Shown piece after piece: positions 19,633 to 29,745 of a DNA stretch of 64,000 nt; position 1 is the first letter of the stretch, and each line of letters opens with the position of its first letter. Origin of the DNA: an uncultured Nitrospiraceae bacterium. Lineage in GTDB: Bacteria; Nitrospirota; Nitrospiria; Nitrospirales; Nitrospiraceae. The stretch spans positions 416,001 through 480,000 of the forward strand of contig CAVSTP010000003.1 in NCBI GenBank assembly GCA_963730935.1, written 5' to 3'. A program made the position numbers and the translations under genes. The notes beneath the pieces are model-generated. The model saw nothing but the letters and a program-made list of their open reading frames with translations, was not told the origin of the DNA and ran no database searches.

Positions 19633-21351
19633 TTACACCGTGCGCGCCCGAGCGACCCGGTGTAAATCCTCCTCGGTGACGTAACCGACAGAATTGCGAA
19701 ACGGCGCCAGGCGAAACCCCAGCAAACGGCCCATGGCGGTGATGTGCTCAGCCTGGGTGGGATCGGCCTTTCCAAGGGAGTAGTGTCCGGTCCATCCAAT
19801 CGCGGTCAAAATCATGGTTTCCGACAGACAGCCGAGGGCTTCTTCTGCTCCCACGTCCAGATCGAAGTGCACATCAATATCATTAGGCGTTCTGACGATG
19901 GCGGATTCGATGACGAGGACATCGGGCCGCTGGAGTGGAACGTCCTCGGACACGTTCTTCGGCTGTGCGGCATCGATGACAATGGCACCAGCTTTCAGGT
20001 GAGCCGCGGTCAATAGAATATAGGGGTTATTCGTCATGGCGATAACAACATCCGCCTTCGACACTTGGTCGAGACTCGTCATGCCTTTGATGATTGAAGG
20101 CTGGTCGCCCAACTCTGAGATGAGACTTTGAAGTGCATCCTTCTTGATATCGATGATGAACAGTGTGCCGACAAGCCGGGCAAGAATCTTCGAGCAAGCG
20201 GAACCTACCGATCCGGCACCTCCGACAATCGCCACGGTGGCATGCGGCAGACTGAGATTGGTCAGGGCGGCTGCATGAAGGACATTCTGGACGGCAACAG
20301 CGGCCGATTGGGCGTTTCCTGTGGTCAATCCGAGCCGGACCTTGCCCTCCAGCTCTTGTCCATCCCGGGTGAGGATCGAGGTGAATGCGCCCAATCCTGC
20401 GATGGTCGCTCCCATTTTTTCCGCCAGGCGAACGGTCTGCCACACACGTAGGCGAGCGAGTCGGGGGTTGCGAATCATCTGTTCTGTCGTCAGCGGTGAA
20501 ATCAGAATGGCACCCATCGTCGGGGTTCCATTCGCCAGGGTCAGGCCAGTGATGTAGGAGGCCACCAACGGCCATTGATACCGAATCCAGCGTTCGACGA
20601 CATAGGAAGGCAGCCGGCTCGCAAACGGGAACTTACGCGCAACATCGCTCAGTGTGCGGGGATGACCAATGAAGGCAAAAGTAATGGGCGTGACGAGGAG
20701 ACGGGCGAAGGGAGCAGGCAGGAATCGGACGATCAGGTCGCGAAAGACTTGAAGGAGGTGCCAAGCTCCTAGCCATACGGCAGGCCAGGATACGCGTAAT
20801 GGAGCTTGATCCGTCTTCTTGGGTGCCTCTCGGACGGACGGTGACGCCAGGGGGTGGGCCAGACGAGCCGACTCAGCCTTACGATCCACTGTGGGCCTGT
20901 GAGCGGGATGATAAGGATTGTCTGTAATGAATAAGGATAGAATTGACCGGGGATTCGTCGTTACGAGACCCGCTCGGGCTGATGCTCGTGCAGGTCCCTC
21001 CGGCATTTCCAGGCTCTGGAGATAGGTTTCCAGCTCCTGCAAGGCAGACTCAAGGACCAGCCGTATGGTCTGCCCCAAAGCGTCGAGAGCGATGTCGACC
21101 CTAAATCGAGTGGGCGAATCGCCCTCATCCTCGGTCACTGCGGTCACGCGTCCCGACAACGGCATGTAGGCGACATTCTGGCTGTAGCACAGAACGACAG
21201 TCACTACAGCGCCTGGTGAGGAGACGCAATCAGTCAAAAATGAGATCCGATCGAGGCCGAGTTCTTGAGTGACCCCTCGCGCCTGGCTTCCTCCAAGATC
21301 GACCACGACGGGCAGGCTTACGGCGAGCTGACTCGAAACGGTACTTCCCAC
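19633..21351 (-). CDS. Acyl-ACP reductase-like (COG5322-type) oxidoreductase with an extra N-terminal domain
   Basis: FAFIGHP, GLGAFTSI, TTGNA, Rossmann motif VGGAGSVGSAC and GCLSETMIL (position of the catalytic Cys) parallel cyanobacterial AAR. About 220 aa of N-terminal extension. Confidence 0.85.
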   Translation of the reverse strand: MGSTVSSQLAVSLPVVVDLGGSQARGVTQELGLDRISFLTDCVSSPGAVVTVVLCYSQNVAYMPLSGRVTAVTEDEGDSPTRFRVDIALDALGQTIRLVLESALQELETYLQSLEMPEGPARASARAGLVTTNPRSILSLFITDNPYHPAHRPTVDRKAESARLAHPLASPSVREAPKKTDQAPLRVSWPAVWLGAWHLLQVFRDLIVRFLPAPFARLLVTPITFAFIGHPRTLSDVARKFPFASRLPSYVVERWIRYQWPLVASYITGLTLANGTPTMGAILISPLTTEQMIRNPRLARLRVWQTVRLAEKMGATIAGLGAFTSILTRDGQELEGKVRLGLTTGNAQSAAVAVQNVLHAAALTNLSLPHATVAIVGGAGSVGSACSKILARLVGTLFIIDIKKDALQSLISELGDQPSIIKGMTSLDQVSKADVVIAMTNNPYILLTAAHLKAGAIVIDAAQPKNVSEDVPLQRPDVLVIESAIVRTPNDIDVHFDLDVGAEEALGCLSETMILTAIGWTGHYSLGKADPTQAEHITAMGRLLGFRLAPFRNSVGYVTEEDLHRVARARTV

Positions 21352-21772
21352 CAGTGCGTTATTCCTCCCGGCTCAATGCTGTGTTCCTTGACAGAAGCCA
21401 CCTCTCCTGAACCCTGCATTCTTTAGTACAGAGCACTCACGTGCTGTGGGCAATCAATATTGCGTGATAGTGGCTTTTTGTCAATGCGACGGAGAGGAAA
21501 AGGGGTGCCTGTAGGACAAGAACGGATCTTACGTCTAATCGCCGATAGACATATGATCTGCACGACTCGGAACGAAAAAACTGTATGAACCGGGGCGCGT
21601 TGTTGGTATACGGGAACAGGCAGGTGTTTTCACCTACACCCCCCATGACAGCTTCAAAGGGGATTTGTCTTGGCACGCAACGTAAAGTGCGGGAGTCTTT
21701 AGGACGTAAATGCTGAACCGGTGACATGATACGTAGAACAACCTGTATGACGCAGTCGACAGCGAAAGAACA

Positions 21773-23167
21773 ATGCTACAGATGTGGTTGAGACGAGTCA
21801 TCGTGGCGGCAAGTCTCGCTCTCGCTTGTCTGTCTCCGACGGTTGGTTCGGCGGGGGCCATACGGATCTTCGATCAGAGCGCCTCGGGAACGGCTCAAAG
21901 CGGCGCCTTTGCCGCACAGGCGGACGATCCCTCAGCCGTCTATTTCAATCCAGCTGGCTTGACGCAATTGAGAGGGGTGCAAACCTCCTTCGGCGTCATG
22001 TTGCTCGGTGGACATACCACATACACAAGTCCATCGGGTGGGACTGCCAGGGGGGATTTTGGCGGAAGCGTGGCCGTTCCTCCGCCAATCAATTTGTATT
22101 TCACTGCGAACTTGAAAGATCTCGGGGTCACGGCGCTCGGTGATCTCAGTGCTGGCCTTGGCGTGGTCTCTCCGTTCGGGGTTCTCTACCGTTACCCTGA
22201 CGACGGCCCTTTTTCGACGGCCGTGACGCGACAATCGCTACCCCTCATCGATATCAAACCCACGCTCGCCTATAAGCTGAACGACCAACTCTCGGTTGGC
22301 GTTGGTGCGGACATTTATACCTTTGCGAGCTTTTGGGGAAGCGGACAGGCTGTGACGAAATTCAACTCATCCGGCGGCCCCGGCCTACCGCCTCCCGGCA
22401 CGCGGATGGAGGTCAACGGCGGGGATACGGCTGCCGGGTTCAATCTGAGTCTCTTGTACACGCCGTTCCGGAATGAAGATGGAAAACCACTGGCAAATGT
22501 CGCCGTGATTTATCGCAGTCAGGCTACGATGCATCTGAATGGCAATTTCCTCGCAAATGGCGGCCTGGTCGCTGATGCCTCGACGACGCTCGTGTTGCCG
22601 CAGATCTTTACCGGCGGGATGTCGATCTGGCCGATCAGAGATCGCAACCATGAATGGAAGTTGGAGTTAGACGTGGATATGACTGGATGGAAATCTGTCC
22701 GGAACACGGACGTGCATCTGTCCAATGGCACGACCATTCCATTCGCTCAGAACTGGCGGAATGCTTATACGACGATGGTTGGCACGGAGTACAAGTGGCT
22801 CAATCTGGAGAAACTGCCGGCATGGGAGGTAGCGCTCCGTGGAGGCTATTGGCACTCGCAGACACCGATTCCTGACAGCTCGTTTCTGCCCACCATTCCC
22901 GATGCGGATCAGCATGCTATTTCAATTGGGACGGGTTTCCTCTGCAAAGGCAACGGCCACTTTCTGGGGCTGATTGAATGCGGCAAGGCCGAGGGAGGAA
23001 TACTGAGACCCAAAGCAATCGGTCTGGATTTGGCGTACCAAGCGATCTTCTATGAAACGCGAACTGTCAGTGGCAATCTCAATCCTGTGGCCATTCCCGG
23101 CGTCGTCAACGGGACGTATCAGACGACCTTACACGTTGGGATGATTAACCTTCGGGTAAACTTTTAA
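21773..23167 (+). CDS. OmpP1/FadL/TodX family outer membrane transporter
   Basis: Signal peptide, AQADDPSAVYFNPAGLTQL hatch motif, beta-barrel ending in F. Confidence 0.92.
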   Translation: MLQMWLRRVIVAASLALACLSPTVGSAGAIRIFDQSASGTAQSGAFAAQADDPSAVYFNPAGLTQLRGVQTSFGVMLLGGHTTYTSPSGGTARGDFGGSVAVPPPINLYFTANLKDLGVTALGDLSAGLGVVSPFGVLYRYPDDGPFSTAVTRQSLPLIDIKPTLAYKLNDQLSVGVGADIYTFASFWGSGQAVTKFNSSGGPGLPPPGTRMEVNGGDTAAGFNLSLLYTPFRNEDGKPLANVAVIYRSQATMHLNGNFLANGGLVADASTTLVLPQIFTGGMSIWPIRDRNHEWKLELDVDMTGWKSVRNTDVHLSNGTTIPFAQNWRNAYTTMVGTEYKWLNLEKLPAWEVALRGGYWHSQTPIPDSSFLPTIPDADQHAISIGTGFLCKGNGHFLGLIECGKAEGGILRPKAIGLDLAYQAIFYETRTVSGNLNPVAIPGVVNGTYQTTLHVGMINLRVNF

Positions 23168-23658
23168 GGTTTAAAATGTCTCGTCCGATCGACCGGCAGG
23201 CTGCAATTCCTTACTTAGCATGGTGAGACATAATACGATCTTGCTCAGACTGGCGAGCGGTGTTGGATGGCCGTCGGCGTTTAGGTCCCCACCTGATAGC
23301 GAAGTGGTAGGAAAAGACGGAGAGGATTGGCGGAAGGAATTTCAGGAAGTTCGATAAAACCTGTACGTTTGCCACACAGATCAGAAGACATAAGTCATTG
23401 AAAAAGCTCACACTTGTTTGCCGGATCTTCAACCTGCTTGCTCGTGTCGTCAATCTTTTTTATAGGTCTTACAGACCAATAGCTAGACAAGGTCGCGATT
23501 TCAAATACTTAGAATTATCGTGTTTGTCAGTTTTTTTACATTCGTAAAGGGAAGGGCAGAACGATCCCCCTAACAGGGCGAATGGTACACGACGGTCGGC
23601 ATGGAGGCGGGCAACTCAGCATCTCGATTAGTCCGTCGGAAGTATGCTAGCGTAGTGA

Positions 23659-23988
23659 ATGCGCCGCTTACATCTGACCTACCTCGCCGGGGTTGCTGTT
23701 GGGCTTGCCTTCGCGTGCTCCGGCCTTGCCGTTCATGCGCAGATGTACCCTCAAGACATCCACTCCCAGCACCGGCCGACGGGACCCAACGCTCCCGGTC
23801 AACAGTGGTCTGGCGGGATGGGTGTCGATAGCGCGTCCGCGTTTCTCCAGCGCAGGGAGGAGGAGGACCGAGAACGGCGGGAGTCGCTGGAGCGTCAACG
23901 CCGGATGATGGAGAACTTTACGAATATTCCCGACCAGCTTCGCCAGTCCTATTTCAGGCGTCCTGAGCTCCCCTTCAATTCGCGATAA
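23659..23988 (+). CDS. Hypothetical exported protein
   Basis: Signal peptide ending VHA-Q and a charged helical C-terminus. Confidence 0.6.
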   Translation: MRRLHLTYLAGVAVGLAFACSGLAVHAQMYPQDIHSQHRPTGPNAPGQQWSGGMGVDSASAFLQRREEEDRERRESLERQRRMMENFTNIPDQLRQSYFRRPELPFNSR

Positions 23989-24378
23989 CCCAACCTACAC
24001 GTGGTCGTACTATCGACACGGCCATTCTCACGAGCTGAAGCTGGGGCGAGCGGCTCGATGAATTGTCGACGCCATCCTAGACTTCCAGCCACATATGGGC
24101 TTCTAGGCCTCACCGGTGGGCCCGCCTTCGACACATAAATTAGGAATACTTGGTAAACAAAGCACTACGCATTAAACCCTTTTACTTAGATACCGATAGG
24201 GGGCTACCATTTTCTCGTATAGAGAGACATACTTTCGCCTTCTTCGGCTTTTCTCTGTAGGGATTTGAGAACTCATGAACGGCCACTTTCTCGATGTCGC
24301 AGCAATGAGCTCTACTTACACCGTCAGACGTCTTCCCGATCAATGTCTCCCATTTCGTTCGATTCGTTGAGGTGAACC

Positions 24379-26247
24379 ATGTACCTTCAGTTTTATGGTC
24401 TTACCAAGGAGCCATTTAAGACCACCCCCGACATCGATTTTCTCTTCCTCAGTCCTAGCCACAAAGAAGCGTTAGCCTGCATTGAGTATGGCATTCGGCA
24501 GCGTAAAGGCTTCGTTGCGATCACCGGCGAGGTGGGAGTCGGTAAAACAATGATCCTTCGGTCCTATCTCGACAAGGTGGGTCCAGAAAAACAGAAAACC
24601 ATTTATATCCTGAATCCCAAGGTCAGCTTCGACAATCTTCTCAGCACCATTCTCAGGGAATTGGGGGCGGAAGCCATTGCAGGGCAAGCAACGGACAAGC
24701 TCAACCAATTGCATGAGGTGTTGATCGCTGAATACCGCAACGACTATACGGTCGTTCTCCTGATCGATGAAGCCCAGAACATACCGATCGAGACGCTGGA
24801 AAGTATCCGCATGCTGTCCAACCTGGAAACGGCTACGGAGAAACTAATTCAGATCGTCCTGGTGGGTCAGCCCGAACTGGACGAATTACTCAACCGTCAT
24901 GAGTTGCGCCAGGTTCGTGAGCGGATTGGGCTTCAGGCAAGGATTGCACCGCTCACCAACGCTGAGAGTGTCGCCTACATTGATCATCGCCTCAGTCTTG
25001 TGAGCAGCGATCCACGGAAGGTCTTTTCAAAGCAAGCGCTCAATCGAATCGTTGGGTCGGCCAAGGGTATTCCGCGAAGATTGAACATTCTTTGTGATAG
25101 CGCCCTCATCACAGGATACGGCTATCAGCAACCGAGGATTTCGGGGAAGATTGCGAAAGAGGTGATTGCTGATCTCAATACACATCAAAAATACCAATCT
25201 GAACCTGCACGGAGACTCCAGCCGCGGTACGCATTGGGCCTGCTGAGTGTCGCCGTCGTCGTCGTCTTCTATTTCATGAATGTATCGGCCATACCAGAGA
25301 TCCCGATCAGTAAACCATCAACGGTTCAAAATGGCATCACGGTCAGTGAACCATCAACGGTTCAAAATGGCGGCACGGTCAGTAAGCCGTCAGCGGTTCA
25401 AAATGGCGAGCACCCAAAGACTAGTGTCAGTAGTCTGGAGACGGGTCAACACATGGCTCCAGTCGCTGGCCACGCAGAACCCATGCCACCGGCACGCGTG
25501 GTTAGGGTGCTCGATGCTACAGCGGAGACTGATTTATCCCCGGCTGAGAGGATGGAATTAAGTGAGACGGCCAGGCTTTTGGCCGTTCTTTTGGATTCCG
25601 GAAGGGTCGTGATCGGACGAGCGCAGGCGACGATCAATAACCCGAGACTGGAGGACAAAGGGTTTTCTTCGAGCGTCTTTGAAGGCCAACTGAGAAAAGA
25701 GTTTCAGGCAAGAACTCGACATGATCTGCACAATCTTGCCGCCGCCCCCATGCCGGAGTCTGCTAAGCCCTTGCTCCTGCGGCTGTCGTTTTTCATGCAG
25801 AAGGCCGTCCATGATGTGCAGCCCGACATCAATAAGAAGGGAATTGGCTTCAAAGGGTTCATTCCCGCGACGTTTGCAACGCAAGTAGCTGAGCGCTTCT
25901 CGAAGGACACAGGGTTAACATTGCGACAGATTGGTCCGCCCGGCGCAGAACCGCGAAACCCGAACAACAAACCGGATGACCAGGAGGAGCTACTACTCTC
26001 CGCCGTTCAGAAAAATCATCCTCGGGTTGGAGATCATATTGTCGAGCAACAGTTGTCTGACAGAAGTGGTGTTCGTGTCTTGCTTCCGCTTTTTTACAAC
26101 AAACAATGTCTTGCCTGTCATGGAAGTCCCAAGGGAGCGGTCGATATCTCCGGATATGAAAAGGAAGGCTTCAAAGAGGGAGATCTGGGAGGCGCCATTT
26201 CGATTGTGCTTTCTGCTCAGAACAAACTGGCGAGGAGCGGCGAATGA
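24379..26247 (+). CDS. ExeA/GspA-like AAA ATPase fused to a DUF3365 (Tll0287-like) heme c domain
   Basis: MYLQFYGLTKEPF, Walker A GEVGVGKT, Walker B LLIDEAQ, GIPRRLNILCD, one TM, then RNPNNKPD...CLACHG...GDLGGAISI. Confidence 0.88.
   Translation: MYLQFYGLTKEPFKTTPDIDFLFLSPSHKEALACIEYGIRQRKGFVAITGEVGVGKTMILRSYLDKVGPEKQKTIYILNPKVSFDNLLSTILRELGAEAIAGQATDKLNQLHEVLIAEYRNDYTVVLLIDEAQNIPIETLESIRMLSNLETATEKLIQIVLVGQPELDELLNRHELRQVRERIGLQARIAPLTNAESVAYIDHRLSLVSSDPRKVFSKQALNRIVGSAKGIPRRLNILCDSALITGYGYQQPRISGKIAKEVIADLNTHQKYQSEPARRLQPRYALGLLSVAVVVVFYFMNVSAIPEIPISKPSTVQNGITVSEPSTVQNGGTVSKPSAVQNGEHPKTSVSSLETGQHMAPVAGHAEPMPPARVVRVLDATAETDLSPAERMELSETARLLAVLLDSGRVVIGRAQATINNPRLEDKGFSSSVFEGQLRKEFQARTRHDLHNLAAAPMPESAKPLLLRLSFFMQKAVHDVQPDINKKGIGFKGFIPATFATQVAERFSKDTGLTLRQIGPPGAEPRNPNNKPDDQEELLLSAVQKNHPRVGDHIVEQQLSDRSGVRVLLPLFYNKQCLACHGSPKGAVDISGYEKEGFKEGDLGGAISIVLSAQNKLARSGE
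25309..25407 (+). repeat. 36-bp tandem repeat, about 2.75 copies (S[KE]PS[TA]VQNGxTV)
   Basis: Units start at 25309, 25345 and 25381. Confidence 0.9.
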
Positions 26248-26504
26248 GTCGAATCTTCGAGGCTCTTCAACACGCCGAGAAGGAACGCCTTCGACATAGG
26301 AAGGCTGCTGAGGAGCAGAAGAACTTTCCAAGAGGAAGTGTTGACCGGACTCGCACGGTCGGTACGGCCGATCCACACCACTGTGTGGAGTTTGCCGCCC
26401 GTGTCCGTCGAGAAGGACTCGTGGATTTTCTCTATGGCTTGGTTGGGATGTATCCCTGGCAATGCAGCCGCTGTCGTCGCGGCTTTCATCGCTTTGAGCG
26501 ATAA
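26244..26504 (+). CDS. Small protein with ExeB/GspB-like N-terminal helix and Cys/His-rich C-terminus
   Basis: ATGA overlap with the ATPase stop. MSRIFEALQHAEKER and YPWQCSRCRRGF. Confidence 0.7.
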   Translation: MSRIFEALQHAEKERLRHRKAAEEQKNFPRGSVDRTRTVGTADPHHCVEFAARVRREGLVDFLYGLVGMYPWQCSRCRRGFHRFER

Positions 26505-26554
26505 TAACCATCCATTCGAAACCCGGTTCCGCTGCAGGGGTGCGCTGCGCGGCG

Positions 26555-27280
26555 TTATTTCACCAGCCACACCCGGTAGGTCTTGGCGGAGGCAGGTTTA
26601 GGAACTTGAATAAGGCCGACGGCGCCAGGGCTCATCACGTCGTCACCAGTGGGTGTTCGCCAGGCTTCAAAGCGCTGGCTGTACAAGAGCAGACCCTCAG
26701 CATCGTAAAAGTCCACCATAATATGCGCAATGTCGCGGAGTCCCCCTTGATAATGGGTCGTGACCCAATCCAAGCGTTTCAGTGCCTGATACTGGATCGA
26801 GAGCGTACCGGGACTCTCTTCCTTCACGCTGAGCAGCTTGAGCACGCGGTTCTGATCTAGCCCTTCGGCGGGGGCAGGGCCACCGGCGAGCTGCGTCCTG
26901 ATCGCGCGCGCACTCTCCTCCGCAGGCAAATACGCCTTCACCCGGCAGAACACGGTGCGTCCCTCTTCGTTTTGCTCGAGGATTTGTTGGTCTTGAACGC
27001 GGGTGGCCAAGGTGTTCGCGATCTCGCGCAGCAGCACCGAGTCCACAACCGAGGCCGTCTGTTCCCGATAGACCGCTGAGTTGACGACGGCTTGGCGCAG
27101 TGCTTCGCGGCAGGCCAGATCTTTCGCATCGGCAGGCTGGTCGGAGGCGTGAGTGTGATATCGGTAGTCCCCGGTGATCTCGAGACGGCTGTTCGGCTCC
27201 GCGGCGTGAACGCTCACCGCGAACCATGCGACGAAGGCTGCACCCAAGACATGAAGGCCGGTGATCCAATGCGCTGACAT
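26555..27280 (-). CDS. Hypothetical exported protein
   Basis: Signal peptide ending VHA-A, 241 aa with GC-biased coding pattern. Confidence 0.75.
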   Translation of the reverse strand: MSAHWITGLHVLGAAFVAWFAVSVHAAEPNSRLEITGDYRYHTHASDQPADAKDLACREALRQAVVNSAVYREQTASVVDSVLLREIANTLATRVQDQQILEQNEEGRTVFCRVKAYLPAEESARAIRTQLAGGPAPAEGLDQNRVLKLLSVKEESPGTLSIQYQALKRLDWVTTHYQGGLRDIAHIMVDFYDAEGLLLYSQRFEAWRTPTGDDVMSPGAVGLIQVPKPASAKTYRVWLVK

Positions 27281-27498
27281 ACCGCATCCCCACAGATTGG
27301 GAGGAAAACTTCTACGATGGCTCGCGGGTTATGCTACCACGCGATCTCCCGTGCTTCCACTTCAGGGGAAACGGGAAAACGGACGGAGACGTCGGTTCAG
27401 ATTGTGATGCCGCGTCCTATACGTATTTTGAAGAAATTTCCCACAACAACAATGGGATAGCTTGACTTGCGTGCCTACTTCACGCAGACTCTCGATTT

Positions 27499-29745
27499 AT
27501 GGATGACACCGAGCAAACGCTGCTCGCCGGCCTCGCAGAACGGGTCGGCATTGCGGCGGAGTACCACGACATCAGCGGTGTCCGTCATGTCACCGCTGAT
27601 CATACCAAGCGCGACATTCTCCGTGCGATGGGGTTCCAGGTGGACTCGACCGCGGCACTGGCCGTGGCGATCCGCGAGTGGGACGAAGCCCCGTGGCGCA
27701 GGCCTTGCGACTCCGTCCGCATCGTGCACGAAGAGGAAGTGGGCGCTCCGGTGTCCTGCTGCTTCGCTTTGGAAGACGGCAGAGAGCGGTCGGTCGTCGT
27801 CAGATGGCAGTTAAACGATGAATCTGGAAACCTCATTCAAGAGGGACAGGTCGGTCCAGGGCTGGTCGCAACGGAAGTCAAGTTCATCGACGGCGGCCGG
27901 CGCGTCCGCGTGGAGTTGCCTGCGCCCAAAGGCCTTCCTCTTGGATATTACGACTTCATCATCCGCGCGGAAGGGCTGGTCGGCGGGTCGACCGGCACAC
28001 TGCGACTGATCGTTGCCCCCCAGCGGTGTTACGTGCCGACGCCCCTGGAAGTCGGACAGCGGTATTGGGGGCTGGCCCTGCAATTGTATTCGCTGTCTTC
28101 TGGACGGAACTGGGGCTGCGGCGATTTTACCGATCTTAATCAGATCGTTGAATGGGCGGGCAGGCGGATGGGCGCGGGCCTCGTGGGATTGAACCCGCTT
28201 CACGCCATCCGCAATACCGCCCCGCATCACACCAGCCCGTACACGCCCTATAGCCGTCTGGCGATCAACGAGCTATATATCGATCTCGAACGCTTGCCGG
28301 AGTTCTTCGCCTCGGAAGATGCGCAAACGCAATACCGGTCGCCGGAGTTTCAAGCCAAACTCCAGGCCTTGCGGGAGAACCGCCGAGTGGATTACGAGGT
28401 GATTGCCTCGGCGAAGCGTACGATGCTCGATCTCGCCTATCGACAATTTCTCAAGGAGGCCTATAGCGGCACCGAACCGAATCTCGAGCCGAAGACCGCA
28501 CGGGCAAAGCTGCTGGAACGATTCATCCAATCCGAAGGCGAAGCGCTCGAACTCTACGCCACCTTCCAAACATTGGAGGAGGAACGGCGCCTCATCCAAT
28601 CGAAAACGGTGACCTGGCAAGAATGGCCGAAGCAGTTTATCTCACCGGGTTCTGCCGCGCGCGAATACGGCAGACGTCATCGAAAGCGGATTCGCTTCTT
28701 CCAATACATTCAGTGGATCGCGTCAGAGCAGCTCACCGAAGTCCTGCGCACGGCCGAAGCCGCCGGGATGCCGATCGGTATTTACAACGATCTCGCGTTG
28801 GGCGCAGAACGTACAGGAGCCGAGGCCTGGATGTATCAATCGGTGATGGCGCTGGACGCGGATTGCGGAGCGCCGCCTGACGATTTTGCCCCAGAAGGGC
28901 AGAACTGGGGGCTGCCGCCAATCAACCCAGTGGCGCTGCGTCCCAGCCGATATGAACTGTTGATTCAACTCTTGCGTAAGAATATGCGCTTTGGCGGCGC
29001 TATCCGCCTGGATCATGTCATGGCCCTCAGCCGGCTCTTCTGGATCCCCAAGGGGAAGTCGGCGACAGAAGGCGCATACGTCCATTATCCGTTCGAGGAG
29101 TTGTTGTCGATCATTGCACTGGAAAGTATCCGATCTAAAACGCTCGTGATCGGAGAAGATCTCGGCACGGTAACGGATTTTGTGCGAGAGCAGCTGGCGA
29201 AGGCATGCGTGTTATCGTATCGCGTCTTCTATTTCGAACGTCGGGGAGATGGAACCTGGAAATCGCCCGGTGAATACCCGCAACAGGCGCTGGCTGTGAC
29301 CGGCACACACGATCTGCCGACGTTGACCGGGTTTTGGTCCGGAGAAGATATCCAGGTTCGCGCCGGGATGGGGGCCTTCAAGGATGAGGCCGGACGTCGC
29401 CAGGCTTGGGAGGAGCGTCAACGAGATAAGGGACGCATGCTCGCCGCGCTCAAGCAAGAAGCCTTGTTGCCGAGCGGCATGAGCGACGATCCTGCTGCTG
29501 TGCCCGCCATGACGCCCGCTCTCTGCCGGGCCATCCATGCCTATTTGGCGAGGACGCCCGCATGGCTGGTCCTGGCGAATCTTGAGGACGGCCTGGAAGA
29601 AATTTCTCAAACGAACCTGCCCGGGACCGTCGAAAGCTATCCCAACTGGAGACGGAAGTACGCGAGCCGCATCGACAACCTCGTCGATGACGAGCGGCTG
29701 CGAGAACTCGGGGCGACCTTGCGTTCGATCCGTCCAATCAGCTAA
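27499..29745 (+). CDS. malQ: 4-alpha-glucanotransferase (amylomaltase, GH77)
   Basis: WGLALQLYSL, GLNPLHA, GAPPDDFAPEGQNWGLPP, IRLDH, IGEDLG, THDLPT, NLPGT..YPNWRRK. Confidence 0.96.
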   Translation: MDDTEQTLLAGLAERVGIAAEYHDISGVRHVTADHTKRDILRAMGFQVDSTAALAVAIREWDEAPWRRPCDSVRIVHEEEVGAPVSCCFALEDGRERSVVVRWQLNDESGNLIQEGQVGPGLVATEVKFIDGGRRVRVELPAPKGLPLGYYDFIIRAEGLVGGSTGTLRLIVAPQRCYVPTPLEVGQRYWGLALQLYSLSSGRNWGCGDFTDLNQIVEWAGRRMGAGLVGLNPLHAIRNTAPHHTSPYTPYSRLAINELYIDLERLPEFFASEDAQTQYRSPEFQAKLQALRENRRVDYEVIASAKRTMLDLAYRQFLKEAYSGTEPNLEPKTARAKLLERFIQSEGEALELYATFQTLEEERRLIQSKTVTWQEWPKQFISPGSAAREYGRRHRKRIRFFQYIQWIASEQLTEVLRTAEAAGMPIGIYNDLALGAERTGAEAWMYQSVMALDADCGAPPDDFAPEGQNWGLPPINPVALRPSRYELLIQLLRKNMRFGGAIRLDHVMALSRLFWIPKGKSATEGAYVHYPFEELLSIIALESIRSKTLVIGEDLGTVTDFVREQLAKACVLSYRVFYFERRGDGTWKSPGEYPQQALAVTGTHDLPTLTGFWSGEDIQVRAGMGAFKDEAGRRQAWEERQRDKGRMLAALKQEALLPSGMSDDPAAVPAMTPALCRAIHAYLARTPAWLVLANLEDGLEEISQTNLPGTVESYPNWRRKYASRIDNLVDDERLRELGATLRSIRPIS

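Noticed and set aside
21507..21526. lux-box-like CCTGTAGGA here (and ACCTGTACG near 23360)
   Set aside because: Only half-sites match, there is no dyad symmetry, and no luxI/luxR lies in the window.
25309..25407. 36-bp repeats as a CRISPR array
   Set aside because: They are contiguous, in frame and have no spacers, and there are no cas genes.
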